From Macrostomum lignano (taxonomy: Eukaryota): 64,000 nt of DNA. This document shows positions 1 through 10,548 of the stretch, in pieces (position 1 is the stretch's first letter; each line of letters begins with the position of its first letter). The stretch covers positions 1 to 64,000 of the forward strand of contig NIVC01002219.1 of NCBI GenBank assembly GCA_002269645.1. Direction: 5' to 3'. A model generated the notes under the pieces. The model was not told the DNA's origin, did not search any database, and saw only the letters and a program-made list of their open reading frames with translations. A program made the position numbers and the translations under genes.

Positions 1-3000
1 CTATGGCAGTTCTTTCTGCACTTTTGTGTCCCTCACCACCCCGAAAGAACCTCAAATTATCAAAATTATTTCAACTACTATCTCATCGAATGCGAAAAGA
101 AGGGAATCAGGTTTGACAAAGGAGGCTTGGCGATCTCAGATCCAAAGCTAGAAGAAGTGTTTAATAACAAAATTAGAATCACAGTCTTTGAGTGGAGTAA
201 AAACTGAGAAAGTTCAACCGGTCAGATGTAGCAAAGACGTTTTAGATCCGAGGGAAAAGGCGGACTGAAGTGGATCTTCTAGTGATTGGTAATTTACTAG
301 AGGAGGCTCACTATGTTTGGATTAAAGATCTTTCAAGACTCATTCACAAAGCAGTTGAATAATCATCACGAGGCTGTTGCCATCTGCCGCTTGTGCCTTA
401 AGCATTACAGTGGACCTGAACGCTTTGAAAAACTAGCAGAGCATGAATTATCATGCGAGGATCACCCGACAAACTGCTCTCTTCCTTCAGCTGAAGAGAA
501 GTATCTCCGGTTTAAGAACTATCACAAGATGGAGAAGCTCCCATTTGTTGTATATGCTGATTTCGAATGCTCAATCGTCGAAACTCAAAAACAAAAACTC
601 AAACTCAAAAAACATGTCCCCAATTCAGTAGCATATGCCTTATTAATACAAAAGGACTTGTTGAGTATAATTATTTCTTTGGAGAGCAGTGTGTGGAGCA
701 GTTTATTGCCAGAATGTTAGAGTTGCAAAAGTGATTAGCACCCTTCAACCTGTTCCAATAATGATGACTGAGGAGGATGAAAGTAATTTCCTATCAGCAA
801 CTCATTGCCACATCTGCAGGAAACATTTAACTTGCACTAATATTAAAAACCCCACCGTTAGGGACCACTGCCACTTTACTGGGAAATTTAGAGGTGCAGC
901 GCATAACACCTGTAATCTAAAGCTAAAATCGAACATTCATGATCTAACGATATTTTGTCACAACGCAAAGAACTATGACATGCATTTAATAGTTGAAAAA
1001 ATCGGCATGATTCCAGACATACACCTTGATTGCATCGCAGAGAACAAGGAGAAGTTTAAGTGTGTTGATATTAAACAGGATAATTCGGGTAAGGTAAAAT
1101 AAGACTGAAGGATTCATATCAATTTCTAGCTGCCAGTCTAGACGAACTAAGCAAGAATCTAAAAGATGAACAATGTACATATACAAAGATGTTTGCAAGT
1201 AAAATTAACAACACTGATGAATCATTTAAACTCCTGAGAACCAAAGGCTTCTACCCCTATGAAAATATTACTGGTATCACGTATTTGAAGAAGGTTTACC
1301 ACCACAGGAGAAGTTCTTTTCAAAGCTAACAGACTCTGGAATCTCTGACAAAGACTATGAGCACGCGAAGCATGTCTATAATTACTTTAATTGTCAAAAC
1401 TTCTTCCAGTATCACCTGCTTTACCTCTTCACAGATGTGTTTCTGCTGATGTGTTTGAAACCTTCAGATACACCTGGTACACAGCATATGGCCTCGATCC
1501 AGCACATTATGTGTCTCTGCCTGCCACTAGCTGGGAATCTTTGCTTAAAATGAAATGGGATCAAGATCCAGATTGGTACATTGAACTTCTTACAGACATT
1601 GACATGTACAATTTTGTCGAATCGTCAAAGCGAGGGGGATCTCAATTTGCGTTAACAGGTATGCAAAAGCAAACAATCCCTACATTGAATCTTACAATAA
1701 GGAGCAGCCCTCAAACTACATTACTTACTTGGACGCTAATAATCTCTACGGGTGGGCGATGAGTCAAGATCTTCCAGTTAGAGATTTTCGATGGCTACCC
1801 TCATCAGAATTAAATGGGACTTTTCATTGGCTGCCATTTATGAGGTTGATGTTTACATTCCACCAGAGCTTCACGACTATTTCTCTGACTTTCCACCCTT
1901 CCCAGAGAACATCAAGTGCCCGAAAATAATCGAAACTCCCAATGATAATAATGGAACTTGGCACCTGTCAGGAACAGAAAAAGAACATACAGAGAAACTA
2001 ACACAGAATCTAAACAACAAGACACGTTACAAAATCCATTACAAACTGCTTCAGTATTTTATCTCACTTGGTTGCAGGGTCACCAAAGTTCACAGGGCTC
2101 TTACATTTACAGAGGAAGCGTGGATGAAACCCTACATTGATAAGAACACCCAGTTTAGGACCAAAGCAACCAACGACTTTGACAAGAACCTCTTTAAGTT
2201 GGCCAACAACTCTGTCTATGGCAAGACTCTTGAGAATGAGCGGAAAAGAACAAACCTGAAACTTGTTACCTCATCAGAGCCTGCTGTTATTCAGGCAAAT
2301 ATGTCAAAGCCAACATTCAAAGAACTCCATATCTTTAATAGCTACTTAGGTGTGATCATATTTTACAAAACCAAGGTGACGCTGCGCAAGCCGATCTATA
2401 CAGGTGTCACTGTTCTCGACGAATCAAAACGTCTGATGTACCAGTTCTTCTATGGCATGAAGCAGCAGTACAAGGATAAAATGAAACTCTTGTACACTGA
2501 CACAGACAGTTTTATTATGGACATTCAAACAGAAGACATTTATCAGGACATGCTGCAGCAAAAAGATTTGTTTGACTTGTCTGAGTATGATGAATCTTGC
2601 AGGACACAGAATGGCGATCAAGTGTTTGACGCCACTAACAAGAAAGTGATTGGGAAAATGAAGGACGAGATTGCTGGTGACATAATCACTGAATTCATTG
2701 GGTTGAGAGCAAAGTCCTATTTTGTAAAATGTGAGTCGTCAGACCCAATAAAAAATCAAAGGGAATTCCGAAACGTGTGGTTAGGAAGGAAATTAATGAA
2801 GCTGAATACAGAGACGCCTTGAATTGCAACAAAAAGACATCACATGAGTTCTCAAAGCTACAATCTAAAAACCATATTATTCACACAATTCAGCAAAAGA
2901 AGATTGGACTGTCAGGTGCAGATAACAAGAGATTCATTTTTGATGACAATATAACAGTCTACCGTTCGGGCATTGGAGATTAGGTTTAGGAGGTTGGGTT

Positions 3001-3003
3001 TAG
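1..3003 (+). pseudogene. polB: Protein-primed family B DNA polymerase, split by about 10 frameshifts; 5' part outside the window
   Basis: Motifs in order across ORF fragments: YADFE (ExoI), DHCHFTGKFRGAAHNTCNL, HNAKNYDMHLI (ExoII), KGFYPYE, DANNLYGWAMSQ (motif A), KLANNSVYGKT (motif B), LYTDTDS (motif C), KKVIGKMKDE, EFIGLRAKSY, and C-terminal LPFGH in a shifted frame. Confidence 0.93.
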
Positions 3004-3056
3004 GAGGTGGAGGTTGGGTTTAGGTTTAAGAGAAAGTTTAATAAACCTCATAAAAA

Positions 3057-3457
3057 ATGACAACAAATAACTTTCTTGAAGATTTGGCTAACGAACTGGA
3101 AATCCCAAACTTTAGAGGAATATTTATGAGGGACACTCTGCCTGATTTTCCTCTAAGAAAGAATGCGGCATCATGAACTTTGACACCACCGATAAGCCAG
3201 GATCTCATTGGGTTTGCTGGGTGATTGATCCCGATCGCAAGCACAAGTGTTATTACTTCGATAGCTATGGGACGGCAGTACCAGAAGAGCTAAGAAATTA
3301 TATGAAGGGAAAAAATAATAAAAAAATTTATCGCTCAGACTTTATTCTCCAAGGTCTTAGCAGTGATATTTGCGGTGAGCTGTGCATGACTGTTTTGTAT
3401 GCAATGACCAAAACACGAAAGACCTACAAGGAAATTATTCTTGGCTGTGTTTCATAA
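3057..3457 (+). CDS. Adenain-like cysteine (maturation) protease, with one single-base frameshift near 3160
   Basis: MTTNNFLEDLANELEIPNFRGIFMRDTLP [frameshift] ECGIMNFDTTDKPGSHWV...YFDSYG...QGLSSDICG, giving the His/Asp/Gln/Cys catalytic set of adenain-type proteases. Confidence 0.88.
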
Positions 3458-3461
3458 GGGT

Positions 3462-4256
3462 TCATTGTGCATTCCTCGTTGTACTTCTCGTTGTCCTTCT
3501 TTCCACATAATGTTGAAGAACTTTCTCGAGTTCATTTCTCAGCTGACTCATGTCATCAGTACCGACCATGTTCAAGTTCATTCGAATTGATTGTTCATAA
3601 AGATCCTGAATGGTTTTGAACTCATCCTCTGAAATGAACTTATCCTCGATTGCCCTTGAAATGTACCCTATGATTGAAGTGTGCACCCCTTTCTCTTTTA
3701 CTTGCTTCTCCTGTAGCTGCTTTAGTTTTTTTCGCCTGTTTCGCGCTAATGCTCCAGTAATTGCTGAAATAAGTCCACATGCAGCACCCACAGAGCCGAG
3801 CGGGATTGCGATTGGGGCTGTGATGACTGGCAACACTGAGACAGCTGCAGCAGATCCAGATAGAACAGACACAGATCCTAGAATCATATTGCTGTAGTCG
3901 AAAAATTTACAGTGGTTGTCATAGCGCTTAATTTTCTTTGTGTTGTGGAAAATATTTTTTTCAAGATCATCGCGCATTTTTTGAATCTCCACCAGTCGAA
4001 ACTGCTGAGAGTTACAAGTAATGACGGGGTAGAGTTTTTGTTGCTCATATTGAGGTGCATTCAGATTCGGTGCCAGGTTTTGTGTGTTCGAATTCGGTGC
4101 CATTGAGTTTGGTGCTGTCGGTATTTTAGGTTCAACGTATTGAGACTGATCGTATAGAGAATTTTGTTGGGCCATTTTTTTCTCTAGAAAAAATAAAAAA
4201 ATTATAAAACTATCCGGTTGAAAGATCTGTTTTCTTTTTGATAATTCCATCTGCAC
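3462..4256 (-). CDS. Polinton accessory protein with coiled-coil segments flanking a ~45-aa Gly/Ala-rich hydrophobic hairpin (putative membrane protein); true start may be downstream of 4256
   Basis: 264-aa ORF containing MILGSVSVLSGSAAAVSVLPVITAPIAIPLGSVGAACGLISAITGAL followed by basic RNRRKK. Confidence 0.75.
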   Translation of the reverse strand: MQMELSKRKQIFQPDSFIIFLFFLEKKMAQQNSLYDQSQYVEPKIPTAPNSMAPNSNTQNLAPNLNAPQYEQQKLYPVITCNSQQFRLVEIQKMRDDLEKNIFHNTKKIKRYDNHCKFFDYSNMILGSVSVLSGSAAAVSVLPVITAPIAIPLGSVGAACGLISAITGALARNRRKKLKQLQEKQVKEKGVHTSIIGYISRAIEDKFISEDEFKTIQDLYEQSIRMNLNMVGTDDMSQLRNELEKVLQHYVERRTTRSTTRNAQ

Positions 4257-4266
4257 CGCCGGTTGT

Positions 4267-5084
4267 CTAGGCGGCTCTCGTGACGCCGGAGGATCGCGAG
4301 TCCAGCAGGCAGCGGCTGGGCGGCTGACGTTTGAGAGCGTGCCGGATTACTCCGGCGGGGTCCAGAGCTCCTTCTACTCGATCTGTAGACATGACCGGAC
4401 GAGCAGCAGATTCTGCTTCATCAATAGCAATGTCACGAAGATTGAGTGTTCTCTCCAGACGATCAAGCCTCCTTAGTATTTTACCCCAGAGCTATACATT
4501 CCGTTTAGATAGCTACTGTGTGATACATCCTTTCTCTTTAATGCTTCAAGTCTTTCTTTGATTCGATCATGCAACGATGTTGACTGAGTCATGAACTCTT
4601 CTAAATTATTGACTTTAACTGTGTTGGTTGCGACGTTTTCTTTAATTCTATCATGCAACGCTGTTGACTGGTTCATGAACTCTTCTAAATTATTTACTTT
4701 AGCTGTGTTTGTGAAAACTCCTCCTTCGAGAATACGCATCCGTCTATCAGTGGAATTTCCCAGAAGATTAACTGATGATCTCAAGCCGTTGATTAGCGAG
4801 ACTATCGAAGTTATTTCTGACCTTAGTTCATTAGTTGCGTTTAACAACGGCGCATAAAGCTTATCACTTTCAAACTTCTGCCTAGCTACTTTAAGCCTGA
4901 GATCTTCCATGTTTATTTGCAACTGGTGCATGGAGCGCTCTAGGGCTTTCAGTCTGTTTTTATTCAGTTTGATCTCTGGGATCTTTTCGTCGCTGTTGAT
5001 ATATCGCCTGTCAAGGATGGATATCTGAGCTGATGTAAGAGCGCTGTTGCCAGAAATGGATTCACCTGCAAAGTTTATCGACAT
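4267..5084 (-). CDS. Polinton coiled-coil protein with a 28-aa internal duplication; probable frameshift near 4480
   Basis: 203-aa ORF with heptad pattern and an 84-bp repeat at 4566/4650. Adding one A in the GTAAAATAC run extends the frame (ILRRLDRLERTLNLRD...) to a stop at 4267. Confidence 0.6.
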
Positions 5085-5100
5085 CTTTTAATAGCAAATT

Positions 5101-5900
5101 TTAAATTACAGTTCTTTTTTCTTTGCTGATAATCACAAACTGGTAAGGCTGATTCCACTTGTCATAGCAAAGATTAACGAATTCCTCTTGTGAAATCTTT
5201 CTGCTTGAGTTTTTTGTTGGATTTATGAAATAGGCAGGCGCAATGACCTCATTGTAAAATCTTTTTAACCTGTCCTGTGGAATGGTTGGAAACAGGAGAA
5301 TCAGATTGCAGTTCCCACGAATTGTTTTGTTCGGGAGCTCGAACCAATTCTGTGCAATGTAAATTACATTACAATTGTTATGTCGCCCTCTTGTAAAATA
5401 GTTTTCTATCTGCTTCTGTGGGCCTGTCATACAATCATCAAAGACGATCAAATGCTTTCTCCCCTTTTCTAGCTCATCTGGTTGGGGTAGAAGTTTGGTC
5501 TTTGGATCAGCCTGTGGATCTCCATAGGTGAACACTTTAATGTTCTGCCATTTTTCATTGTCTTTGAGGTGCTTTGCATATTCAGCAGCTACAATTTCTG
5601 GGTTACTGGGAAGGATTTGTTGGTTATTAAAACATTGAATAATGTCCTCTTTGTTCAGTTTGTTTTGCAATCCAGAAATCAGCATTTTATACTCATCTTG
5701 ATACAGTGTGGGAGAGTAGATGTGCAGAGTGTCATAGTCGATAAAGCCAGGTCTAAGAAGCATGTTAAAGACTCTGAATGTTTTACCTGAACCTGATGAA
5801 CCAACAACAATGCATCTGAAGTGACTCGGATTGACTCATGATGAGAAAACTTAATCTGATTACGCGTCCAGTGAGGATTGAAGTCGTTTGAAAATTCCAT
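5101..5900 (-). CDS. A32/FtsK-like genome-packaging ATPase, frameshift near 5840
   Basis: Walker A (RCIVVGSSGSGKT) lies in frame just upstream of the 5763 start. Walker B (LIVFDDCM), A32 signature YFTRGRHNNCNVIYIAQ and IRGNC follow. The ATG at 5900 is in a different frame. Confidence 0.9.
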
Positions 5901-5938
5901 TTTTTCTATGATGAAAAAAAATTTAAATAATAAATAAT

Positions 5939-6063
5939 TTAGATGTGTCATTTCGGGACTTAGATGTGTCATTTTGGGACTTAGATGTGTCATTTTGGTA
6001 CTTAATTGTGTCATTTCGGGACTTAGATGTGTCATTTCGGGACTTAGATGTGTCATTTTGGGA
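5939..6063. repeat. 21-bp tandem repeat, about 6 copies (TTAGATGTGTCATTTYGGGAC), in a Polinton intergenic region
   Basis: Directly visible in the sequence. Confidence 0.9.
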
Positions 6064-6077
6064 CTAGTCTTGTACCT

Positions 6078-6488
6078 TTACATTTCTTGTACCCTCGGAA
6101 AGTACCCTTTAGTCAAATTTGAAACCACTTCCTTTTTAATGCTAGCCCTCATCTTCTCATAGACTGCAGGGTCCACACTGTCTGGGTTTGGGGCCAGCGG
6201 GGCCAGTGGAGGTTGAATCTCTTGTTTAGGTGTTACAGTATCCTTTATCTTTTTGGCTGCTGTGGCTACACTGCCAGCCGCTTCGGCAACGTTCTTGATG
6301 TTCTCTTTGTTCTCTCCAATGATCTTAAAAATCTTGGCCCCCTGAGCGATCAAATCGGCAAGGCCATTCCCAGAGCGTTCTTTTCTTGGATAGTGGCCTG
6401 CAGGGAAAAGTCCAGATCCGCGTTTAATGAGATTAAGTTCCTCTTTGTCATAGTATTTGTCAATGTCTTTTTCGAAAATAAGTGGCAT
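6078..6488 (-). CDS. Small Polinton protein (136 aa from ATG 6488) with G-x-G motifs and an amphipathic helix; putative virion core or membrane-lytic protein
   Basis: MPLIFEK...IKRGSG...ERSGNGLADLIAQGAKIFKIIG...; the ATG follows an A-rich run like the other element genes. Confidence 0.6.
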   Translation of the reverse strand: MPLIFEKDIDKYYDKEELNLIKRGSGLFPAGHYPRKERSGNGLADLIAQGAKIFKIIGENKENIKNVAEAAGSVATAAKKIKDTVTPKQEIQPPLAPLAPNPDSVDPAVYEKMRASIKKEVVSNLTKGYFPRVQEM

Positions 6489-6504
6489 TTTTACTTGAAA
6501 TAAA

Positions 6505-7715
6505 TTATTTTTTGTTGAACCGCGAAAGCAGAAGCTCTCTCGCCCTCTTATCGATGTATTTTCTCTCAAGCATTTTGTCCAGGATGTTGACAAATTCTTT
6601 TCTATTCTCATCTTTCATTCCGGTCTTTGCCGCTCCTAGAAGAACCGCTACTCGCTTGTAGATTTCAGAAATTCCTTTTCCAGTTGCGGGCGGTTGGTCT
6701 TGGGTTGTGGAGTTGGTTGGGCTTGTAGCTGCTGGGGAGGTGATGCAAAAGACTGCTCACTTTCAGAGATGGAACTGTCATGTGGTGCCTGTCTTTGTTG
6801 AGGTGTGAAAACTCTTTGCTTGATTCTATTCATTCGATCTGGAGAGTGTTGTTCTAAGTGTTGCCAGTCTGTTGGGTTTTGTTTCTTATATTCAGCTACT
6901 TTCAAAGGGTCTAACTGCTCGAGTTGACTGAGTACTTGTTCTTCTGTGGAATGTTGCTGCTGTGGTTGTGGTTGTTGTTGTTGCTGTTGTTGTTGTTGTT
7001 CTAGATATTTCATCTGATCAATGACTTCCCCCTGATCTGGCAAACCGAACCATACTTTGATGTGCTTGTACTTTTTGAATCTAGTCAGGTTGACACCACT
7101 ATCGTAGATATGTTTCAGAACTTCTGGGACCTTTAGTATTTCTATATCTCTAGCAAGAGAAAAAGTCACTAGATCTTTGTAGTTCTTTAGCTGCTTGTCC
7201 GAGATTCTCTCTTGGTTCTTAGTCATAAAATTCAGTAAGGTTTCTGTGAAAGGAATGCTCTTAGTTTCCGAGCCTTTGACAACAGAAATATGTTTCTTAT
7301 TTATGTCGATATAATATTCCACTGGTTCATTATAAATATTTTTTCTCCACATACTTATTCCAAATACATATTTCCCATCATGTTCTACACGCTCTACTGG
7401 TCCAAAAATGTTATCTGTCACTTTTAGTTGTGATTGATGTGGTTGTGGTTGTTGTGGTTGCGGCTGTATCTGTGGTGCTTCTGGAATTTTGCCCAAAGCC
7501 TTTTGCACTTGGGTTTCCTGTATGTCGTCGATAGTTTCTTTGACCTGATCAATATTTTTCTTAGCTTCTCCATACCCGGGCTTATGAAACTCTGTGGCTG
7601 CTTGGACAAACTCATTGTAGGATTGTTGCTCCTTATTTATTAGCCCGGTAACTCGTTTCTCTGCTTGTGCTAGCTTCTCCAATTCAGATATCTGCTGTGT
7701 ACTTTTTCGCTTCAT
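6505..7715 (-). CDS. Gln/Pro-rich Polinton protein; a frameshift near 6690 joins it to a Polinton-type C-terminal motif
   Basis: 355-aa ORF with poly-Q. The shifted frame reads ATGKGISEIYKRVAVLLGAAKTGMKDENRKEFVNILDKMLERKYI...FNKK*, which resembles the RL-x-LL..AGN....E...I.D.L tail I recall from Polinton core proteins (recalled, not searched). Confidence 0.6.
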
Positions 7716-7745
7716 TTCTTATTTTATTTTATTTTTAGTTAAAAA

Positions 7746-9032
7746 ATGAACGACCCACTGACACCAGTTTTCTACAAGATTAACAAGCCTATTTTGAGTG
7801 ATGACAGCACTATTAAGGCGACACAAGTTAGAGTTCCGAGTCACGAGAACCAGAATGAAACTAATCTTGGTCCTGGCCAAACACTGACATTCACATACAA
7901 TGGATGTTCGTCTTTGGTTAGTGTGCACAGTCTTAAGAGCGGCTTCCATATGACATTTCAATTCAAGACAAAGGGTGGTGCGGATGCGGCTCGTGCTAAC
8001 GTTGACAAGCATGATGCGGATGTGGCTCTGATCAGTAACTTTTGGGCGTACATGTTCAAGGAGTTTAGTGTATCGAATGGGAGCACAGAGTTGGAGCGAA
8101 TCGCCAACTTTGGAATTGTCTATGACGCTCATTGTTTGATCGAGAATCCTGATTTTATTCAGTTGGGAAGTGGTGCGGGTTTTATCGCAGATGAAAAAGA
8201 AGGAGACACCAATGACAGTGGCTATAAAAAGAGGAAGAAGAGATACAACTATGCATTGCAAGGTGCTGATGATGCTGCTAAAAACCCGCTGTATCGGTCT
8301 GTTGATGTATTTGTACCACTGAGATTCATGAGTGGATTCTGTAATACATTTAATCGACTGACTAGTAACTTTAGCTACACTTTTAAGATGACTAGAGATG
8401 ATCGCAGTAGAGTGTTGTGGACTGGGGCAGACCACACTAGGATGGAGGTGAAGCTAACCGGAATCGAGCTGTATTTGGAAGTCATTGAGCCAAAGACTGC
8501 ACTAAAAGCTGATTATCTCAAGGCAATAGAGAAGGACATTGATGTTGCATACACGGCCTACATGTGTCGAGATGAGCGAAACGAAACTAGAACAAACATC
8601 TGCATTAAAGAGGGATCATGCAGCAATCCAAGGTATATTATTATTAACATGAGAAACCCAAATAGCATTATACGCTACATGCATGGAGACGTGCGGTCCA
8701 TTCAGCATGAAATCAGTGATAATCTTTACCCTGCACTGCCACAAAATGGAGATTTCAGTCAGAACAAGATTAGCAAATTTTACAGCGAGTTGGTCGACTT
8801 GGCTGTGAAAGAGAACAATGGAATTGCTATCACTGCTCTTCAATATGGAACTCTATATCCGATGTTTGGCGCTGATGTGTCTGCCAGACAAATGCCTACT
8901 GATAACAGCCCTGTGAATATCGTGACTAACATTGAAAGGACTGCCGCAACACCCGTGGACCTGTACATTGTCTATGCATTTGAGAGGAAGGTGAAGCTTA
9001 ACATGATCAACAATTCATCCAGTAAAGTTTAG
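7746..9032 (+). CDS. Major capsid protein (double jelly-roll; Polinton PY / adintovirus hexon-like), intact
   Basis: 428-aa uninterrupted, beta-rich ORF. N-terminus (DDSTIK..RVPS..TNLGPGQTLTF), YPALP..GDF and a C-terminal DLYIVYAFERKVKL are typical of the family; it lies directly before the penton. Confidence 0.8.
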   Translation: MNDPLTPVFYKINKPILSDDSTIKATQVRVPSHENQNETNLGPGQTLTFTYNGCSSLVSVHSLKSGFHMTFQFKTKGGADAARANVDKHDADVALISNFWAYMFKEFSVSNGSTELERIANFGIVYDAHCLIENPDFIQLGSGAGFIADEKEGDTNDSGYKKRKKRYNYALQGADDAAKNPLYRSVDVFVPLRFMSGFCNTFNRLTSNFSYTFKMTRDDRSRVLWTGADHTRMEVKLTGIELYLEVIEPKTALKADYLKAIEKDIDVAYTAYMCRDERNETRTNICIKEGSCSNPRYIIINMRNPNSIIRYMHGDVRSIQHEISDNLYPALPQNGDFSQNKISKFYSELVDLAVKENNGIAITALQYGTLYPMFGADVSARQMPTDNSPVNIVTNIERTAATPVDLYIVYAFERKVKLNMINNSSSKV

Positions 9033-9056
9033 ATATTTTTTTTGTGGGTGAAAAAA

Positions 9057-9920
9057 ATGGAAGCCATAGCCGAAAGACTAAACAACATTGTTTCACACTC
9101 TAAGGAGAGCATTCCTATTACAATAACCGGGCGAATTAATGACTCAAACGGGATGTTTGTTGAAAAATTAGAGCAGGCGATTCGCCTGGATCCAGGCGCT
9201 AATTACCATGTCTATCTTAACGACTTCACTGGTTGGTCAAACGTTCCCAATGTGATGGCAGCAAATAATAAGTTTTATTACAAATGGAAAGGTGCAGCAG
9301 CAGACCCTGTGGTATTCCAGGTGAGCACGCAAAGTGTGGATACCTACAATAACTTTCTAGAAAATGTCTTTACTAAGAGAGGCCATTTTGAGACACCTGA
9401 TGCGAGTAAGCCAGAGAAGAAACTGTTCCCTGTCAAACTAACCTATGATCTCACTGTAATGAGAGTGGTCATGCAAGTTCACAAAAATGCGGAGGTTGAG
9501 TTTAAAGATGACACTTGGTATAGGGAACTAGGATTCGAGAAGAAAGTTTATAAGGCAGAATCCGCGGCGCAGACCGCCACTCAAGCATCGGGGACTGTTA
9601 GAATGGTCCGGGAAAGTGTAAGCGGTTTGTTCTTAGCACCCAATATTGCAGACATTGTAAAGGGTTTGAATATTCTAATCAGAAGCAATCTCAGTCTTGA
9701 TTGGGTATTTAAGGGAAAGCGAACGAATATTTTGTACAACATCTCCAACTCTGTTGCTGGAGGACAGATGGTGGTAGAGAAACCAAATCCAGTGAAAAGA
9801 GTTGTATTGAGTAATAAAGAGATTCACGAGATTGTGCTACAGTTTGAGACTGAAGATGGGATGGGCGTTGATTTTAATGGGGAAGAGTTTGTATTGACGT
9901 TAATCATTGAAAGAATGTAA
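9057..9920 (+). CDS. Minor capsid protein (penton, single jelly-roll), intact
   Basis: 287 aa from ATG 9057: IRLDP, WSNVPNV..NNKFYY, ILIRSNL, and C-terminal IHEIVLQFETEDGMGVDFNGEEFVLTLII. Confidence 0.85.
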   Translation: MEAIAERLNNIVSHSKESIPITITGRINDSNGMFVEKLEQAIRLDPGANYHVYLNDFTGWSNVPNVMAANNKFYYKWKGAAADPVVFQVSTQSVDTYNNFLENVFTKRGHFETPDASKPEKKLFPVKLTYDLTVMRVVMQVHKNAEVEFKDDTWYRELGFEKKVYKAESAAQTATQASGTVRMVRESVSGLFLAPNIADIVKGLNILIRSNLSLDWVFKGKRTNILYNISNSVAGGQMVVEKPNPVKRVVLSNKEIHEIVLQFETEDGMGVDFNGEEFVLTLIIERM

Positions 9921-9927
9921 GAAAAAA

Positions 9928-10167
9928 TTACAATTTTCTAATGATTTCTGCAAAGTTATAGTAGCTGTCGTAATCTTTTACATAGGTTACTCCATACTTA
10001 TGAAACCAGTGTCTTTGGAGAGCTAGATTAATATTAGGGACATTGATATCAACATCGGGCCAATATTTTCTCATGTACTCGCTGCATTCTAGTTTGCATC
10101 GGTACTTGGATTTGTACAATGGATGAGGCTGAGTATAATAGGAACCTGGAGAGACAACTGGAAACAT
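9928..10167 (-). CDS. Small Tyr-rich hypothetical Polinton protein (79 aa)
   Basis: ATG after an A-run; convergent with the penton gene, stops 8 bp apart. Confidence 0.45.
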   Translation of the reverse strand: MFPVVSPGSYYTQPHPLYKSKYRCKLECSEYMRKYWPDVDINVPNINLALQRHWFHKYGVTYVKDYDSYYNFAEIIRKL

Positions 10168-10319
10168 TTTTATTGAGAATTTAATTTTTTTAAAGGGTGA
10201 GGACCCTGCGCTGATGATTTAAAGTCTTAGGGATGTGGTAGCACGTTGCGGATTGAATGTGGGGAGAAGAATGCAGATTATTTTCTGATTGTTTTAGAAA
10301 TGTTATGGGTGGATTTGGA

Positions 10320-10548
10320 GCTGTTATGCTCAGAGCATAAACCCTCAGAGCATAACAGTAGGACACCTGTTATGCTCTGATTCTGTCAGGGATAATATGG
10401 ATGGATTTAATGGGATTATGGAGGACGTTTTGTGAGCGAGTGCGACCCCCCTTTTTTCTGATTCTGTCGGGGATAATATGGATGGATTTAATGGGATTAT
10501 GGAGGATGTGAAAAATTTTGTCCCAAAAGCCCCCTCATGCCTTCTACT
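10320..10548. repeat. Polinton terminal region (putative terminal inverted repeat, TIR) with an internal ~50-bp direct repeat and a 14-bp inverted repeat
   Basis: CTGATTCTGTCRGGGATAATATGGATGGATTTAATGGGATTATGGAGGA at ~10377 and ~10458; TCAGAGCATAACAG / CTGTTATGCTCTGA at 10345-10380; terminal CTACT. Confidence 0.65.

Larger units (their letters stand above)
1..10548. mobile_element. Polinton/Maverick (adintovirus-like) endogenous element, right portion; left end lies outside the window
   Basis: Co-located pPolB, adenain protease, A32 ATPase, major capsid and penton genes. Ends in ...CCTTCTACT (reverse complement AGTAGAAGG, an AGTAG-type Polinton terminus) at 10548, where the sequence switches to retrotransposon gag. 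No integrase is seen in the window. Confidence 0.92.

Noticed and set aside
2983-3030. Telomere-like or G-quadruplex-like TTTAGG/GGTTGGG run after polB
   Set aside because: Short, irregular and internal to the element; no evidence of telomere addition.
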